Origin: an uncultured delta proteobacterium
GTDB lineage: Bacteria; Myxococcota_A; Polyangia; Haliangiales; Haliangiaceae
Reading direction: 5' to 3'
DNA length: 64,000 nucleotides
NCBI GenBank assembly: GCA_963848295.1
Contig: CAWKDB010000010.1
Coordinates: 3,264,001-3,328,000 of the forward strand
The notes below the pieces were generated by a model, which did no database searches, had not been told where the DNA came from, and saw only the letters and a list, made by a program, of their open reading frames with translations. Made by a program: the position numbers and the translations under genes. Each line of letters begins with the position of its first letter. Within the stretch, counting starts at the first letter, position 1. Shown in pieces: positions 37,779-47,642 of the stretch.

Positions 37779-39415
37779 CCCGGATCATTCGTGATGGCTC
37801 CAGCTGACCGGCGCTTGGCGGCGGAGCCGCCTCGCGCACGGTCAGGGTACGTCGCGAGCTCGCATCGTTGCCGCGGCGCCACGCCGCAACGGTCGGCGAT
37901 CCGGGAGGCGGCGCACTGGTTGTCAAAGAATCGCCGACTACGTGACGCCGAGGTCGCGCGCCACGGCGAAGAAGATGTGGGCGAGCGGGAAGGCTCGCGG
38001 CAGGCGGACGAGGACGCGGCGGACGGATGCCGTGACGTGAGCCGCGACCTTGAGTAGCCGCAAGCGAAGAGTGTCCATCTGGGCGGTTGCGAGCCGAACG
38101 CGATCGGTGGAGACATACTCGGTGGCAGGGGCGACGCGCGCGACGGTGGCACGCAACGCATGCATCAAGCGGTAGGCGATGGCGTGCAGCAAGAGACGGA
38201 AGGCGTTGGCGACGAAGCGGTGACACGACAGACGATCGGCGTGGAGCGCGTTCTTGAGGTCCTTGATGAAGTTCTCCGACTGCCCGCGTGCGCAGTAGGC
38301 GACGTCATAGATGAGACCTGGGGAGAACTCGTCGAGCGTGGTCACCACGAATCGCGGATTCTCGCCGCGCTCGCTGTGCTCGACCTTGCAGATCACGTGA
38401 CGCTCGGCGGGCCAGGACTTCGAGGCGTACGACAGCCAAGTGAAGCGGCGAACGAATCGCTTGCCGTCGAGGAATTCCTCCTCGACGGAGGACCGCAGCG
38501 GCTTGGCAAACTCCAGCAGCCGCGAATTCTTCGCGACACCGATCACGTACTCGACGTCGCCGAGCTCGGCGTCAAGCTGCTCGAGGCGATCGAGGAGCTT
38601 GGGCATCGCAAACGCGGAGTCACCGCGCACCAGGATGCTTGCGTGGGGGCACCGTCGGCGAATGGCTCGAATCAGCCGCGTGAGGATCGTGATCGCACCC
38701 TTGGCGGCGTGCGCACGCCCGGGCCGGAGCAAGGCGGTGATCAGCTGCCCACTCAGGGCGTCGAACACGAGCAGCGGGTGAAGCATGTGCTGGTCGTAGA
38801 AGCCGTGGAAACACATGAGCTCCTGGTTGCCGTGGGTCTGGTCATCGGTGGAGTCGATGTCCAGAACGATCAGGTCGGTCGTCGATACGAGTTCGTCGAC
38901 GTAGACCTGCTCGTAGGCGCGAGTCAGCCGATTGAGCTCGCGACCGGTGATCGCGTTTTCGAACCGCGACAGCGTCGGCTGCGATGACATCGCGTGATCT
39001 TCGGCGTCGCACGCCAGGCGAAGTGCCGGATCGTGGCGCAACCAGTCCGCATCGTTGCAGTCCTCGTAGCCGAGGCAGATCTGATAGACGCGCTGCCGGA
39101 CTTGCTCGAGGCGCGAATGCCGAACTCGAGCTGAGTCGCGCCGATCGCCGAGTAACGCTGTCAGACGCGTCGTCAGCTCCAACCGCTCGTCGAGCTTGCG
39201 CAGCAGCACGACGCCGCCATCGGAGGACACCTGTTCGGCGTCAGCGCTCAGAATCGCGCGGCGGCGCTGGAACTGAAGCTCGATCGGTGGAATACACGGT
39301 GTCGTCGGTGCGTGGGCAAATTCGTTTGTCTTCACAAACAGCGAAACCTGCGTACCGGCACCGAAATTCCGGCGATGCGCTCCTCGCGGCGCGCTCCCTT
39401 CGCGAATGATCCGGG
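37779..39415 (-). mobile_element. IS1380-family insertion sequence (1637 bp)
   Basis: Terminal IRs CCCGGATCATTCG at both ends; CTAG direct repeats at 37775-37778 and 39416-39419. Confidence 0.93.
37938..39335 (-). CDS. IS1380-family DDE transposase
   Basis: SSDGG, GYEDCND, SQPTLSR, LDIDSTDD, RGDSAF, RGQSENFIKDLK; start position uncertain. Confidence 0.92.
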   Translation of the reverse strand: MKTNEFAHAPTTPCIPPIELQFQRRRAILSADAEQVSSDGGVVLLRKLDERLELTTRLTALLGDRRDSARVRHSRLEQVRQRVYQICLGYEDCNDADWLRHDPALRLACDAEDHAMSSQPTLSRFENAITGRELNRLTRAYEQVYVDELVSTTDLIVLDIDSTDDQTHGNQELMCFHGFYDQHMLHPLLVFDALSGQLITALLRPGRAHAAKGAITILTRLIRAIRRRCPHASILVRGDSAFAMPKLLDRLEQLDAELGDVEYVIGVAKNSRLLEFAKPLRSSVEEEFLDGKRFVRRFTWLSYASKSWPAERHVICKVEHSERGENPRFVVTTLDEFSPGLIYDVAYCARGQSENFIKDLKNALHADRLSCHRFVANAFRLLLHAIAYRLMHALRATVARVAPATEYVSTDRVRLATAQMDTLRLRLLKVAAHVTASVRRVLVRLPRAFPLAHIFFAVARDLGVT

Positions 39416-40822
39416 CTAGTCGGCGTCGACGGTGGCTTGGATCGCCGCGGCGACGATCTTGCCGAACCGCGTGCGATTCTCGGCGTCGAATTCCTCGGTG
39501 TACGGCAAGTGGATGAAGCCAGCGCGCTTGCCGGTCATCGCGCCGATGTCGGCGAACATGACGTTGTTGCAGACGTAGCGACCGGGGTCGGTGCTCGGTT
39601 GTGGCGCTTCGCCGAGAGCGACGAGCGCGGCGTTGATCGCATCGAGCGGGAGCAACGTCGCGCGCGTCGCGGCCGCGGCGGGATCGATCGGCTGCGAGAC
39701 CCGGATGACGCCGCGGTTGTCGGGCACGCCGCCGGTGACCTCGCCGGTGTCCTGCAAGTTGTACGCGGTCTGCTCGAGCGCGATCGCATCGCCGCCTTGG
39801 CCGAAGCTGATCACGATGTCGGGGGCGCAGCGCGCGATCGCGTCGGTCACCTCGGCCGGGGCGCGATCGTACTCGACCGGGATCACGAGGCGCATCACGC
39901 TCGCGCCGTGCAGCGAGCTCGGATCGAGCGCGGTGACCGCGACGCCGGAGACGTTGTCGTGCGTGCCGTCGGCGGGGAACGGCTGGAAGCCGGTGACGAG
40001 CACCTTCGCGGCGCCGCTGCCTTCGTAGTTGCAGGCCGGGACGGTGCGGCGCAACGTCGTGCGCGCGGCGGTCTCGGCGGCATCGACGCGAACGTCGGCG
40101 ACATCGCCGCGATTCGGCGCGAGATCGGCGACCGCGATGTCGTAGATCTTGCGGTACGCGGTGGTCTGCACCGTCGCGAGCGCTGTGACTTGCGCGGTGA
40201 CATCGACGCCATCGACCTCGACGCGGTCGAGCGCACGATCGGCGGGAAGCTCGAACGTGACGTGATCGCTGTCCGCGACGACGCCGGCACCGGGCGAGAT
40301 GACCAGGCCGAAGCGCGAGGGGAACACCTCGACATAATCGAACGCCAGCTGCGCGCCGGGCGCCGGGGTGACGCGAATGCCGACCGCATCGCCGTTCGAC
40401 GACCATGCGACTGGAACGTCGAGCCACGCGGCATCGCTGCGCAGCGTCTCGACCGTGAGCGTCGTCGTCGCGAGCGTCGCGCCGTGGTCGGTGACGTCGA
40501 TCGTCGCGATCAAACCGCTCGCGGCGTGCGCATCGACGCGCAGGCGCGCACTCGCGATCAGATCGCCGACCTGTTGCCCGCCGTTGACGTCGCCGCTGCA
40601 CGCCGAGGTGAGCTCGACCGCGCCGTCGCTCACGCTGCCTTGGCACAGCCCTTCGGCCTCGGTGACGATCGCGTTGATCGGGTGACCGGCGCCGTCGTAC
40701 TTGCCGTCGAGAAAGTCGCGCAACAGGCCAGCGTTCGGATCGCTCGTCGATCCTGGGCCCGAGCTCGCGCACGCGGCGAGCGCCGCAGCGACGGTAACCG
40801 CGATGAAATGTTCGAGGCGCAC
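39416..40822 (-). CDS. Lipoprotein with a C-terminal pyroglutamyl peptidase I (C15) domain
   Basis: Lipobox LAAC; VLVTGFQPF, ALEQTAYN, GRYVCN, GFIHLP. Confidence 0.85.
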   Translation of the reverse strand: MRLEHFIAVTVAAALAACASSGPGSTSDPNAGLLRDFLDGKYDGAGHPINAIVTEAEGLCQGSVSDGAVELTSACSGDVNGGQQVGDLIASARLRVDAHAASGLIATIDVTDHGATLATTTLTVETLRSDAAWLDVPVAWSSNGDAVGIRVTPAPGAQLAFDYVEVFPSRFGLVISPGAGVVADSDHVTFELPADRALDRVEVDGVDVTAQVTALATVQTTAYRKIYDIAVADLAPNRGDVADVRVDAAETAARTTLRRTVPACNYEGSGAAKVLVTGFQPFPADGTHDNVSGVAVTALDPSSLHGASVMRLVIPVEYDRAPAEVTDAIARCAPDIVISFGQGGDAIALEQTAYNLQDTGEVTGGVPDNRGVIRVSQPIDPAAAATRATLLPLDAINAALVALGEAPQPSTDPGRYVCNNVMFADIGAMTGKRAGFIHLPYTEEFDAENRTRFGKIVAAAIQATVDAD

Positions 40823-40835
40823 GGGCTGAACAGCA

Positions 40836-40850
40836 GCACCCGCCGTGCCA
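40836..40850 (-). promoter_or_regulatory. Putative sigma54 promoter
   Basis: TGGCACG-GCGG-GTGC, 13 nt before the GTG start. Confidence 0.5.
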
Positions 40851-40908
40851 CGATCGAGGCCAGCGCTATCGCGGCGTTGCCGGCCGCTGGCTAGTCGCCT
40901 AGCCGGCT

Positions 40909-41811
40909 CTACAGGACGAGCGTTCCCTGCGCGAGCTCGATCACCAGGCCGGTGACGTAGATCTCGCGGTCGGCATCGACCCGCAAGCCGAGCCGCGAAG
41001 GGCGCGCGACCGCATCGCCTTGGCGCAGGGTCTCGGCGACCGGCAGCGCCCGCCCGGTCGCGACCATCCAGCCGCCGAGGTTCGCGCATGCCGAGCCGGT
41101 CGCCGGGTCCTCGATCACCGCGCCGTGCGACGTGAAGAAGAACCGCACGACGAGCTCGCCGGTCGCGTCGCGCGCCCAGACGTACGCCATCGCCTCTTCG
41201 CGCGTGTCCGACAGGCCTAGCCGCGCGATCAGCTCCGGCACCGGCCGCACCGCGCGCACCGCCTCGACGGTCGCGAGCGGAATCACGAGTTGCTCGGCGC
41301 CGGTGTTGACCCACAGCGGCTCACCCGCGATCTCGGTCGCGGCGATTCCGAGCATGTGCGCGAGCTCGGCGCGGCTGCCCGCCGGTGGTCGCGTCGTCGC
41401 TGGCCGCGCCGCGCGCAGCGTCCACGTGTCGCCGTTCGCGGTCACCGGCACGATGCCGGCAATCATCTCGAATGTCACGCGGTCGCCGCCGCGCAGCGCG
41501 CGCACCACGTGAGCCGTGCCGAGCGTCGGATGACCTGCGAACGGCATCTCGAAGCCGGGAGTGAAGATCCGGACGCGCGCGTCGGCTCGACCACTCGATT
41601 GAACCGCACCGCCATTCGGCGGCGCTGCCGGCGAGCTGCAAGTCCCCGCCGTCGGGGGCAGCACGAACGTCGTCTCCGACAAGTTCATCTGGCGGGCGAG
41701 CCCCTGCATCTGCGCGTCGGTCAGGCCCCGCGCGTCCTCGAACACGCACAGTGGATTACCCGACAGCCTGTCGCCCTCGATCGCGAACACGTTGACGATG
41801 CGAAACCGCAT
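40909..41811 (-). CDS. PhzF-family isomerase with a 19-codon insertion
   Basis: GNPL, NLSETTF, RIFTP.FEMPFAGHPTLG, EDPATGSA. Confidence 0.9.
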   Translation of the reverse strand: MRFRIVNVFAIEGDRLSGNPLCVFEDARGLTDAQMQGLARQMNLSETTFVLPPTAGTCSSPAAPPNGGAVQSSGRADARVRIFTPGFEMPFAGHPTLGTAHVVRALRGGDRVTFEMIAGIVPVTANGDTWTLRAARPATTRPPAGSRAELAHMLGIAATEIAGEPLWVNTGAEQLVIPLATVEAVRAVRPVPELIARLGLSDTREEAMAYVWARDATGELVVRFFFTSHGAVIEDPATGSACANLGGWMVATGRALPVAETLRQGDAVARPSRLGLRVDADREIYVTGLVIELAQGTLVL

Positions 41812-41895
41812 GCCCTCGTGTAGCGACCCCAGCGCATCCCCACAAGGAGCAGCGCATGGTCTCGACGACCGGTACACGCGGCCGATGCACCGGGA

Positions 41896-42510
41896 ATGCT
41901 CCGTTGGCTCGTGCTCGCGACCGCCCTGACGGGATGCCATCCGTTCGTCGCCGCCGGGTACGACATGTCGACCCGCGTCGGCGGACCGCTGTCGAGCGTC
42001 GTCGCGGCGCCGGCGACGCCGGCCGCGCGCTCGACCACCGCGCCGACCGCGCCGTTGCCGCCGGCCTCGGGCTCGACCTATTCGCTCGCGGTCGGCGGCG
42101 GCGCCAAGAACTTCTCGGTCGAGGCCGGGTTGCAGGCCCAGAACGTGAGCAGCGCGAGCTTCTCGCTGCCGTCGATCAATGGTGTCGAGCAAGGCACGAT
42201 CGTCGATCCGGGGACGCCGCACTACATCACCGCGACGAGCGACTTGTTGGTGAGGTACACGCCGCTGCGGTTCAAGTACTTCTCGACGAACGTCTACGCC
42301 GGGCCCGGCGGCGCGCTCGTGTTCGATCGGACCTCGGGGAATCGCTCGTGGGGTGAAGAGGTGCGGTTCGGCGTCGGGATCTCGACGAACCTGAAATGGT
42401 TCGCGGCGTTCGCGGATGTGTCGCGCACGGTCGTCGTGTTCGCGGACGGCCCGGCGACCGGCACGAGCACGATCGACGGCATCATGGTCGGGCTCGCTCT
42501 GCACAACTGA
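41896..42510 (+). CDS. Hypothetical lipoprotein / small beta-barrel
   Basis: Lipobox LTGC; beta-strand pattern. Confidence 0.65.
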   Translation: MLRWLVLATALTGCHPFVAAGYDMSTRVGGPLSSVVAAPATPAARSTTAPTAPLPPASGSTYSLAVGGGAKNFSVEAGLQAQNVSSASFSLPSINGVEQGTIVDPGTPHYITATSDLLVRYTPLRFKYFSTNVYAGPGGALVFDRTSGNRSWGEEVRFGVGISTNLKWFAAFADVSRTVVVFADGPATGTSTIDGIMVGLALHN

Positions 42511-42533
42511 GCGAGTCGAGCTATCATCGGGAG

Positions 42534-43358
42534 GTGCCGGCCACCGTTGTCGATGCGGTCAAGTCGCCGATGCCGTGCGCGTGCAACTGCTACGCGGCGC
42601 TGACGCTCGACGAGCGCGTCGCCGGCATCGAGGCGCTGTATCGGTTCGACGACGCGATGCGCGGTTGGGGCCAGACCGTGATCTGGGACCTCGCGGCGCC
42701 GACGATGTGGCGAGTGCAGCAGCAGATCGGCGCGGTCAAGTGGGTCGCGGTCCGCGACACCGGGTGCTTGTACAGCCGGCTGCTCGGCTTCTGCGTCCAC
42801 GAGACGATCCACGCGAGCTGCGGCGACCCGACGCTGCCGAACTACGGCACCCCGGTCGGGCTGCCCTACGGCGTGCCCGAAGCAGTCCCGCCGAGTGAAG
42901 AGGCCGCGTATCTCCATCCGTTCAATCAGAACGAGGCGCGCGCGTGGGTCGGGCTCGGCGTCGTCGCGTATCGCCTGTTTCAGATCGAATGGACGCTGCT
43001 GCCGGCGCGCGACGTCGGCACGTACGGCTTCGTCGGCGGCAACGCGCTCGTCGATGTGCCCGACGGCTATCGCCGCGTCACCCACTTCGATTCGCAGCAT
43101 CACGCCCGCCGCTACGAAGCGCTCGCCCGCAAGCTCGAAGATGAAGCGCGCGAGTGGTTCACGCCGCAGCGGCTCGACGAGATCGCGGCGAAGTTCGAAG
43201 CGGCCGAGGCGATCGGTCGTGCGCAACGCCCGATGAAATATCCCGCGGCGCGCGAAGTCGCGCGGCTGCGTCCGAAACAGCCCGGGCGCAACGACATGTG
43301 CCTGTGCGGCTCGATGCGGAAATGGAAGCAGTGTTGCGGCGCGCTGGTCGCGGATTGA
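42534..43358 (+). CDS. HExxH protein with a C-terminal SEC-C motif
   Basis: HETIH; PGRNDMCLCGSMRKWKQCCG. Confidence 0.8.
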   Translation: MPATVVDAVKSPMPCACNCYAALTLDERVAGIEALYRFDDAMRGWGQTVIWDLAAPTMWRVQQQIGAVKWVAVRDTGCLYSRLLGFCVHETIHASCGDPTLPNYGTPVGLPYGVPEAVPPSEEAAYLHPFNQNEARAWVGLGVVAYRLFQIEWTLLPARDVGTYGFVGGNALVDVPDGYRRVTHFDSQHHARRYEALARKLEDEAREWFTPQRLDEIAAKFEAAEAIGRAQRPMKYPAAREVARLRPKQPGRNDMCLCGSMRKWKQCCGALVAD

Positions 43359-43374
43359 GGCTACTGTCCGCGCG

Positions 43375-46131
43375 ATGTCGCGCTTCGCGTTGCTCGCGCT
43401 GATCGCCTGCTCGGCACCTGCGAAGCCCGTCGTCGCGCCAGTTGCGCCGGTCGTCGTCACCGCGCCGACGCCGCCGCCGCCGCCTGCGGCGGTCACGCCG
43501 ACGCAGCCGACGGTGCGCCTGCCGCGCAACTTCGTTCCGACCGGCTACACCGCGACGCTGAAGATCGATCCCGCGATGCCGACGTTCGACGGCTCGATCG
43601 CGATCGCCGGCGAGATCTCGGAACCGTCGGCGGCGATCTGGCTGGATGCGCGCCACCTCAAGATCTCGAGCTCGTACGCTACGCGCGGCGACTCGCAGGA
43701 TCGCGTCGAGCTCGCGATCACGCAGCGCACCGACGAGCTGATCGAGATCCGCCCGGCGACGATCCTCGCGGCCGGCGCGTGGACGCTGCACTTCGACTAC
43801 GTCGGTGAGCTCGACGACGTCGACACGACCGGTGCGTTCCGCGAGGTCGCGGCCGGCGAGCGCTACGTGTTCAGCCAGTTCGAGGCGGTCTACGCGCGGC
43901 GCGTGTTCCCGTGCTTCGACGAGCCCGACAACAAGGTGCCGTGGCAGCTCACGCTCGAGGTGCCCGCGGGCGCGATCGCGGTGAGCAACACGCCGGTCGC
44001 AGCGACCACGGATCTGCCGAACGGCGGCAAGCGGTTCGAGTTCGAGCCGACCAAGCCGCTGCCGAGTTATCTCATCGCGTTCGGCGTCGGCCCGTTCGAA
44101 TTCGTCGACGCCGGCAAGACGACCTCGGGCATCGCGGTGCGGATGATCGTGCCGAAGGGCCGGGCCGCCGACGTCGCGTATCCCGCCAAGACGATCGCGC
44201 GCGTCCTCGACCTGCTCGAAGCCTGGTTCGGTACGGGCTATCCGTTCCGCAAGCTCGACTGGATGGAGATCCCGATCACCGTCGGGTTCGGCGCGATGGA
44301 GAATCAAGGGCTGGTCACTGGAGCCGAGCGCGTCACGCTCGTCGATCAGAATAGCTCGCTCGAGCGCCGCCACCGATGGATCGCGGTCTCCGCGCACGAG
44401 CTCGCGCACCAATGGTTCGGCGATCTCGTCACGCCCGCGTCGTGGGACGACATCTGGCTCAACGAGGGTTTCGCGAACTGGATGGAGGCGAAGATCACCG
44501 ATGCGTTCGAGCCGGCGTGGCACGAGCGACTCGTCGAATGGAAGATGCGCGAGCAGGCGCTCACCGCGGATCGGTTGGTGACCGCGCGCAAGATCCGCCA
44601 ACCGATCGCGACGGCCGACGACATCTTCGGCGTGTTCGACGGCATCACCTACGACAAGGGCGCGAGCGTGCTCGACATGTTCGAGCACTACGTCGGTGCC
44701 GAAACGTTCCGGCGCGGCGTGCGCGAGTACCTCCACGATCGCGCGTACGGCAACGCGACGTCGAGCGACTTCATCGCCGCGGTCAGTAAGGTCGCCGGCA
44801 AGGATCTCGCGCCTGCGTTTTCATCGTTCCTCGATCGTGCGGGGGCGCCGTTACTCGAGGTCAGCGTGTCGTGCGAGCCCGGAGGTGCCAAGCTCGTCGT
44901 TCATCAGCAGCGCTTCACGTTGCCGGGCTCCGCGCCGCCGCCCGCGCAGGGACCGTGGATCGTGCCGATCTGCGTCGCGTTCGAACGAGCCGGCGCGCGG
45001 GCCGAGGCCTGCGGCAAGATCGACGCGGACACCGGCGAGCTGCCGCTCGGCACGACCGGTTGCCCGCGCTGGGTGATGCCGAACAGCGGAGGCCGCGGTT
45101 ACTACCGGGTCGCGCTCAGCGCCGCTCAGCTCACCGCGCTGCGCGACGAAGCGTGGCCGGTGCTGAGCGAGGCCGAGAAGCTGACGCTCGCCGGCGATGC
45201 GCGCGCGCTCGTCGCGGCCGGACGCGTGCCGCTCCAGCTCGCGCTGTCGTTCGCGCCGAAGCTGCTCGCGATCGGCGATCGATTCGCCGCGCAGGAGGCG
45301 CTCGCCCTGCCGCTCGCGCTCGACCGCTTCGTTCCCGACGACCTGCGCGCGAAATACGAGAGCTGGATGCGTCAGACGTTCGGGCCGACCGCGGCCAAGC
45401 TCGGGTTCCGACCGACGGCGAAGGACGACCTCGACAGCGAGACGATCCGCAGCTCGGTCGTCGCCGCAGTGGCGTGGCAAGGCCGCGACCCCGCGCTGGT
45501 CAAGCAAGCGGTCGCGCTCGCGCAGCGTTGGCAGGACTTGCCGCAGGCCGTGCGCGAGCCGGTGCTGCGCGTCGCGGTCGACGCCGACCCCGCGCTGTTC
45601 GATCGCGTGCTGTCCGCGCTGCCGACCGAACCGGATCGCCGGACGCGCACCGACATGATCTCGGCGCTCGGTCAGGTCCGCGATGTCGCACGCCTCGACC
45701 GCGTGTTGCCGTTACTGCTCGATCACGAGCTCGACTTTCGCGAAGCGATGCAGATCCCGACGAAGCCGAAGCTCGATGCGACGATCTCCGCGGCGGGTCG
45801 GTTCGTCCGCGATCATCAGGCCGCGGTGCTCGCACGCATGCCTCGCGACGAGACCAACGCGCTCGCCGGCGGCTTCCTCGCGGTGTTCACCGCGACGTGT
45901 CGAGCCGATCAGCGCACCGAGATCGCCGACTACGTGACGTCGGCGTTCGGCAGCTTCCCCGGCGCGCACCGCGCGATCGCGCAGGCGATCGAGGGGATGG
46001 ATCAGTGCATCGCGTCGCGCGCGACCTTCGAGCCGGCGCTCCGCGCCTGGCTCGGTGGCTCGAGGCTTCCCAAGCCGAAGCAAGAATCGACACCCGGGGC
46101 CAAGAAGCCCGGGAAGCCCGCGCATCATTAG
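43375..46131 (+). CDS. M1 aminopeptidase lipoprotein with an ERAP1-like C-terminus
   Basis: GAMEN, HELAHQWFG, WLNEGFA, YDKG. Confidence 0.93.
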   Translation: MSRFALLALIACSAPAKPVVAPVAPVVVTAPTPPPPPAAVTPTQPTVRLPRNFVPTGYTATLKIDPAMPTFDGSIAIAGEISEPSAAIWLDARHLKISSSYATRGDSQDRVELAITQRTDELIEIRPATILAAGAWTLHFDYVGELDDVDTTGAFREVAAGERYVFSQFEAVYARRVFPCFDEPDNKVPWQLTLEVPAGAIAVSNTPVAATTDLPNGGKRFEFEPTKPLPSYLIAFGVGPFEFVDAGKTTSGIAVRMIVPKGRAADVAYPAKTIARVLDLLEAWFGTGYPFRKLDWMEIPITVGFGAMENQGLVTGAERVTLVDQNSSLERRHRWIAVSAHELAHQWFGDLVTPASWDDIWLNEGFANWMEAKITDAFEPAWHERLVEWKMREQALTADRLVTARKIRQPIATADDIFGVFDGITYDKGASVLDMFEHYVGAETFRRGVREYLHDRAYGNATSSDFIAAVSKVAGKDLAPAFSSFLDRAGAPLLEVSVSCEPGGAKLVVHQQRFTLPGSAPPPAQGPWIVPICVAFERAGARAEACGKIDADTGELPLGTTGCPRWVMPNSGGRGYYRVALSAAQLTALRDEAWPVLSEAEKLTLAGDARALVAAGRVPLQLALSFAPKLLAIGDRFAAQEALALPLALDRFVPDDLRAKYESWMRQTFGPTAAKLGFRPTAKDDLDSETIRSSVVAAVAWQGRDPALVKQAVALAQRWQDLPQAVREPVLRVAVDADPALFDRVLSALPTEPDRRTRTDMISALGQVRDVARLDRVLPLLLDHELDFREAMQIPTKPKLDATISAAGRFVRDHQAAVLARMPRDETNALAGGFLAVFTATCRADQRTEIADYVTSAFGSFPGAHRAIAQAIEGMDQCIASRATFEPALRAWLGGSRLPKPKQESTPGAKKPGKPAHH

Positions 46132-46180
46132 ACGAGGGTTAACGTGTAACCGGCGCGCGCGGACCCGACACGGTGAAGGT

Positions 46181-47629
46181 ATGCGACGCATTCTCCCGCT
46201 CTCGCTCGCCTCGCTGGTCGGGTTGGCCGGCTCCGCGGCGGCGCAATCCGCCGGCAGCTTCGAGCTCGACGAGTTCCGACCCGCGATGGACTCGCGCGGT
46301 TACCTCACGCTCAACGGCTCCGAGCCCCTCGACAACAAGGAGGCATCGTTCGGTCTCGGCTCGCTCGACTGGGGCCATCATCTGTTGGCGGTCGGCGATG
46401 GTGCTTACTCCGTCAACGATGTCGTGACCGCGACGTTGGTCGGCGCGGTCGGCGTGCGGCTCGCCGGCGTGCCCCTCGAATTCGGCGCCTCGCTGCCGTT
46501 GTCGATCATCAGCGGCACGACCGGATCGAGCGACGTCGGTCAGCAAGGGCTCGGCGATCTCGGCCTCCACCTGAAGACGCGGTTCATTCACGCCGGCTGG
46601 TTCGGCCTCGGCGCGATCGCGAGCGTCTACCTGCCGACGGCGTCGCCGAAGGACAGCTTTCTCGGCGACGGTTCGGTCACGCCACAAGTGCTCGCGGTCG
46701 CCGATGGAACGTTCGGCCCGCTGCGCCTCGCCCTCAACGGCGGCATCCGGATCCGCTCCGCCGACACGTTCAGCGCGATGGACACGACGACCGGCATGAT
46801 GACGACGGTCACGACCGCGACCGAGCTCCCGTTCGGCGTCGCGGCGGCGTATGCGATCTCTCCGCAGAAGGTCGATCTCATCGCCGAGCTGTACGGCTCG
46901 ATCCCGCTCGCGACCGAACAGAACTATCAGCCGCTCGAAGCGATGGGCGGCGTGAAGGTCTACCTCGCGAAGAACTCGTACCTGTCGCTCGGCGCCGGTC
47001 GCGGCTTGATTCCCGATCGCGCCGGCAACCCCGACATGCGCGCGTTCATCGGCATCGTGTTCGAACCCAAGCCGGCGGTGCAACGCCACGCGCTGATCGC
47101 GGACGACATCGAGCCGCCGCCGCCCGCGCGGCCTCCGCCGCCCGCGCCCGACACCTCCTTCCACGATCGCGATGGCGACGGCATCCAGGACAAAGATGAC
47201 AAGTGCCCCGACGAGCCCGGCTTCACGCGCGATGACGGTTGCCCCGATCGCGACCGCGTCGTCGACGTCGGTAGCGAGCTCGTGACCCTCGATCCGATCC
47301 AGTTCGAGTTCGACAAGGCGGTGATTCGCCCCGAGTCGTTCAGCATCCTCGACGCGATCGTCGCGACGATGCAGGGCAACCCGGACATCGGGTTGATCGA
47401 GGTCCAGGGCCATACCGATGCGCGCGGTAGCGCGGCGTACAACCTGGATCTCTCCGATCGCCGCGCCGCTGCCGTCGTCGTCTATCTCGTCGAGCATGGC
47501 GTGGCGCACGATCGGCTGATCTCCCACGGCTACGGTTCGACCCAGCCGGTCGACAACCGCGCGACCGAAGAGGCCTACACGAAGAACCGTCGCGTCGCGT
47601 TCGTTATCAAGATTCGCACCGCACACTGA
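46181..47629 (+). CDS. OmpA-family protein (beta-barrel, TSP3 repeat, OmpA C-terminus)
   Basis: DRDGDGIQDKDDKCPDEPG; GHTDARG, LSDRRA, NRRV. Confidence 0.9.
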   Translation: MRRILPLSLASLVGLAGSAAAQSAGSFELDEFRPAMDSRGYLTLNGSEPLDNKEASFGLGSLDWGHHLLAVGDGAYSVNDVVTATLVGAVGVRLAGVPLEFGASLPLSIISGTTGSSDVGQQGLGDLGLHLKTRFIHAGWFGLGAIASVYLPTASPKDSFLGDGSVTPQVLAVADGTFGPLRLALNGGIRIRSADTFSAMDTTTGMMTTVTTATELPFGVAAAYAISPQKVDLIAELYGSIPLATEQNYQPLEAMGGVKVYLAKNSYLSLGAGRGLIPDRAGNPDMRAFIGIVFEPKPAVQRHALIADDIEPPPPARPPPPAPDTSFHDRDGDGIQDKDDKCPDEPGFTRDDGCPDRDRVVDVGSELVTLDPIQFEFDKAVIRPESFSILDAIVATMQGNPDIGLIEVQGHTDARGSAAYNLDLSDRRAAAVVVYLVEHGVAHDRLISHGYGSTQPVDNRATEEAYTKNRRVAFVIKIRTAH

Positions 47630-47642
47630 TACGATCATCGCG

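Noticed and set aside
37938..40772. 944-aa ORF suggesting a giant transposase fusion
   Set aside because: The part beyond the IS end (39415) is an off-frame read of the C15 peptidase gene; the transposase lies wholly inside the IRs.
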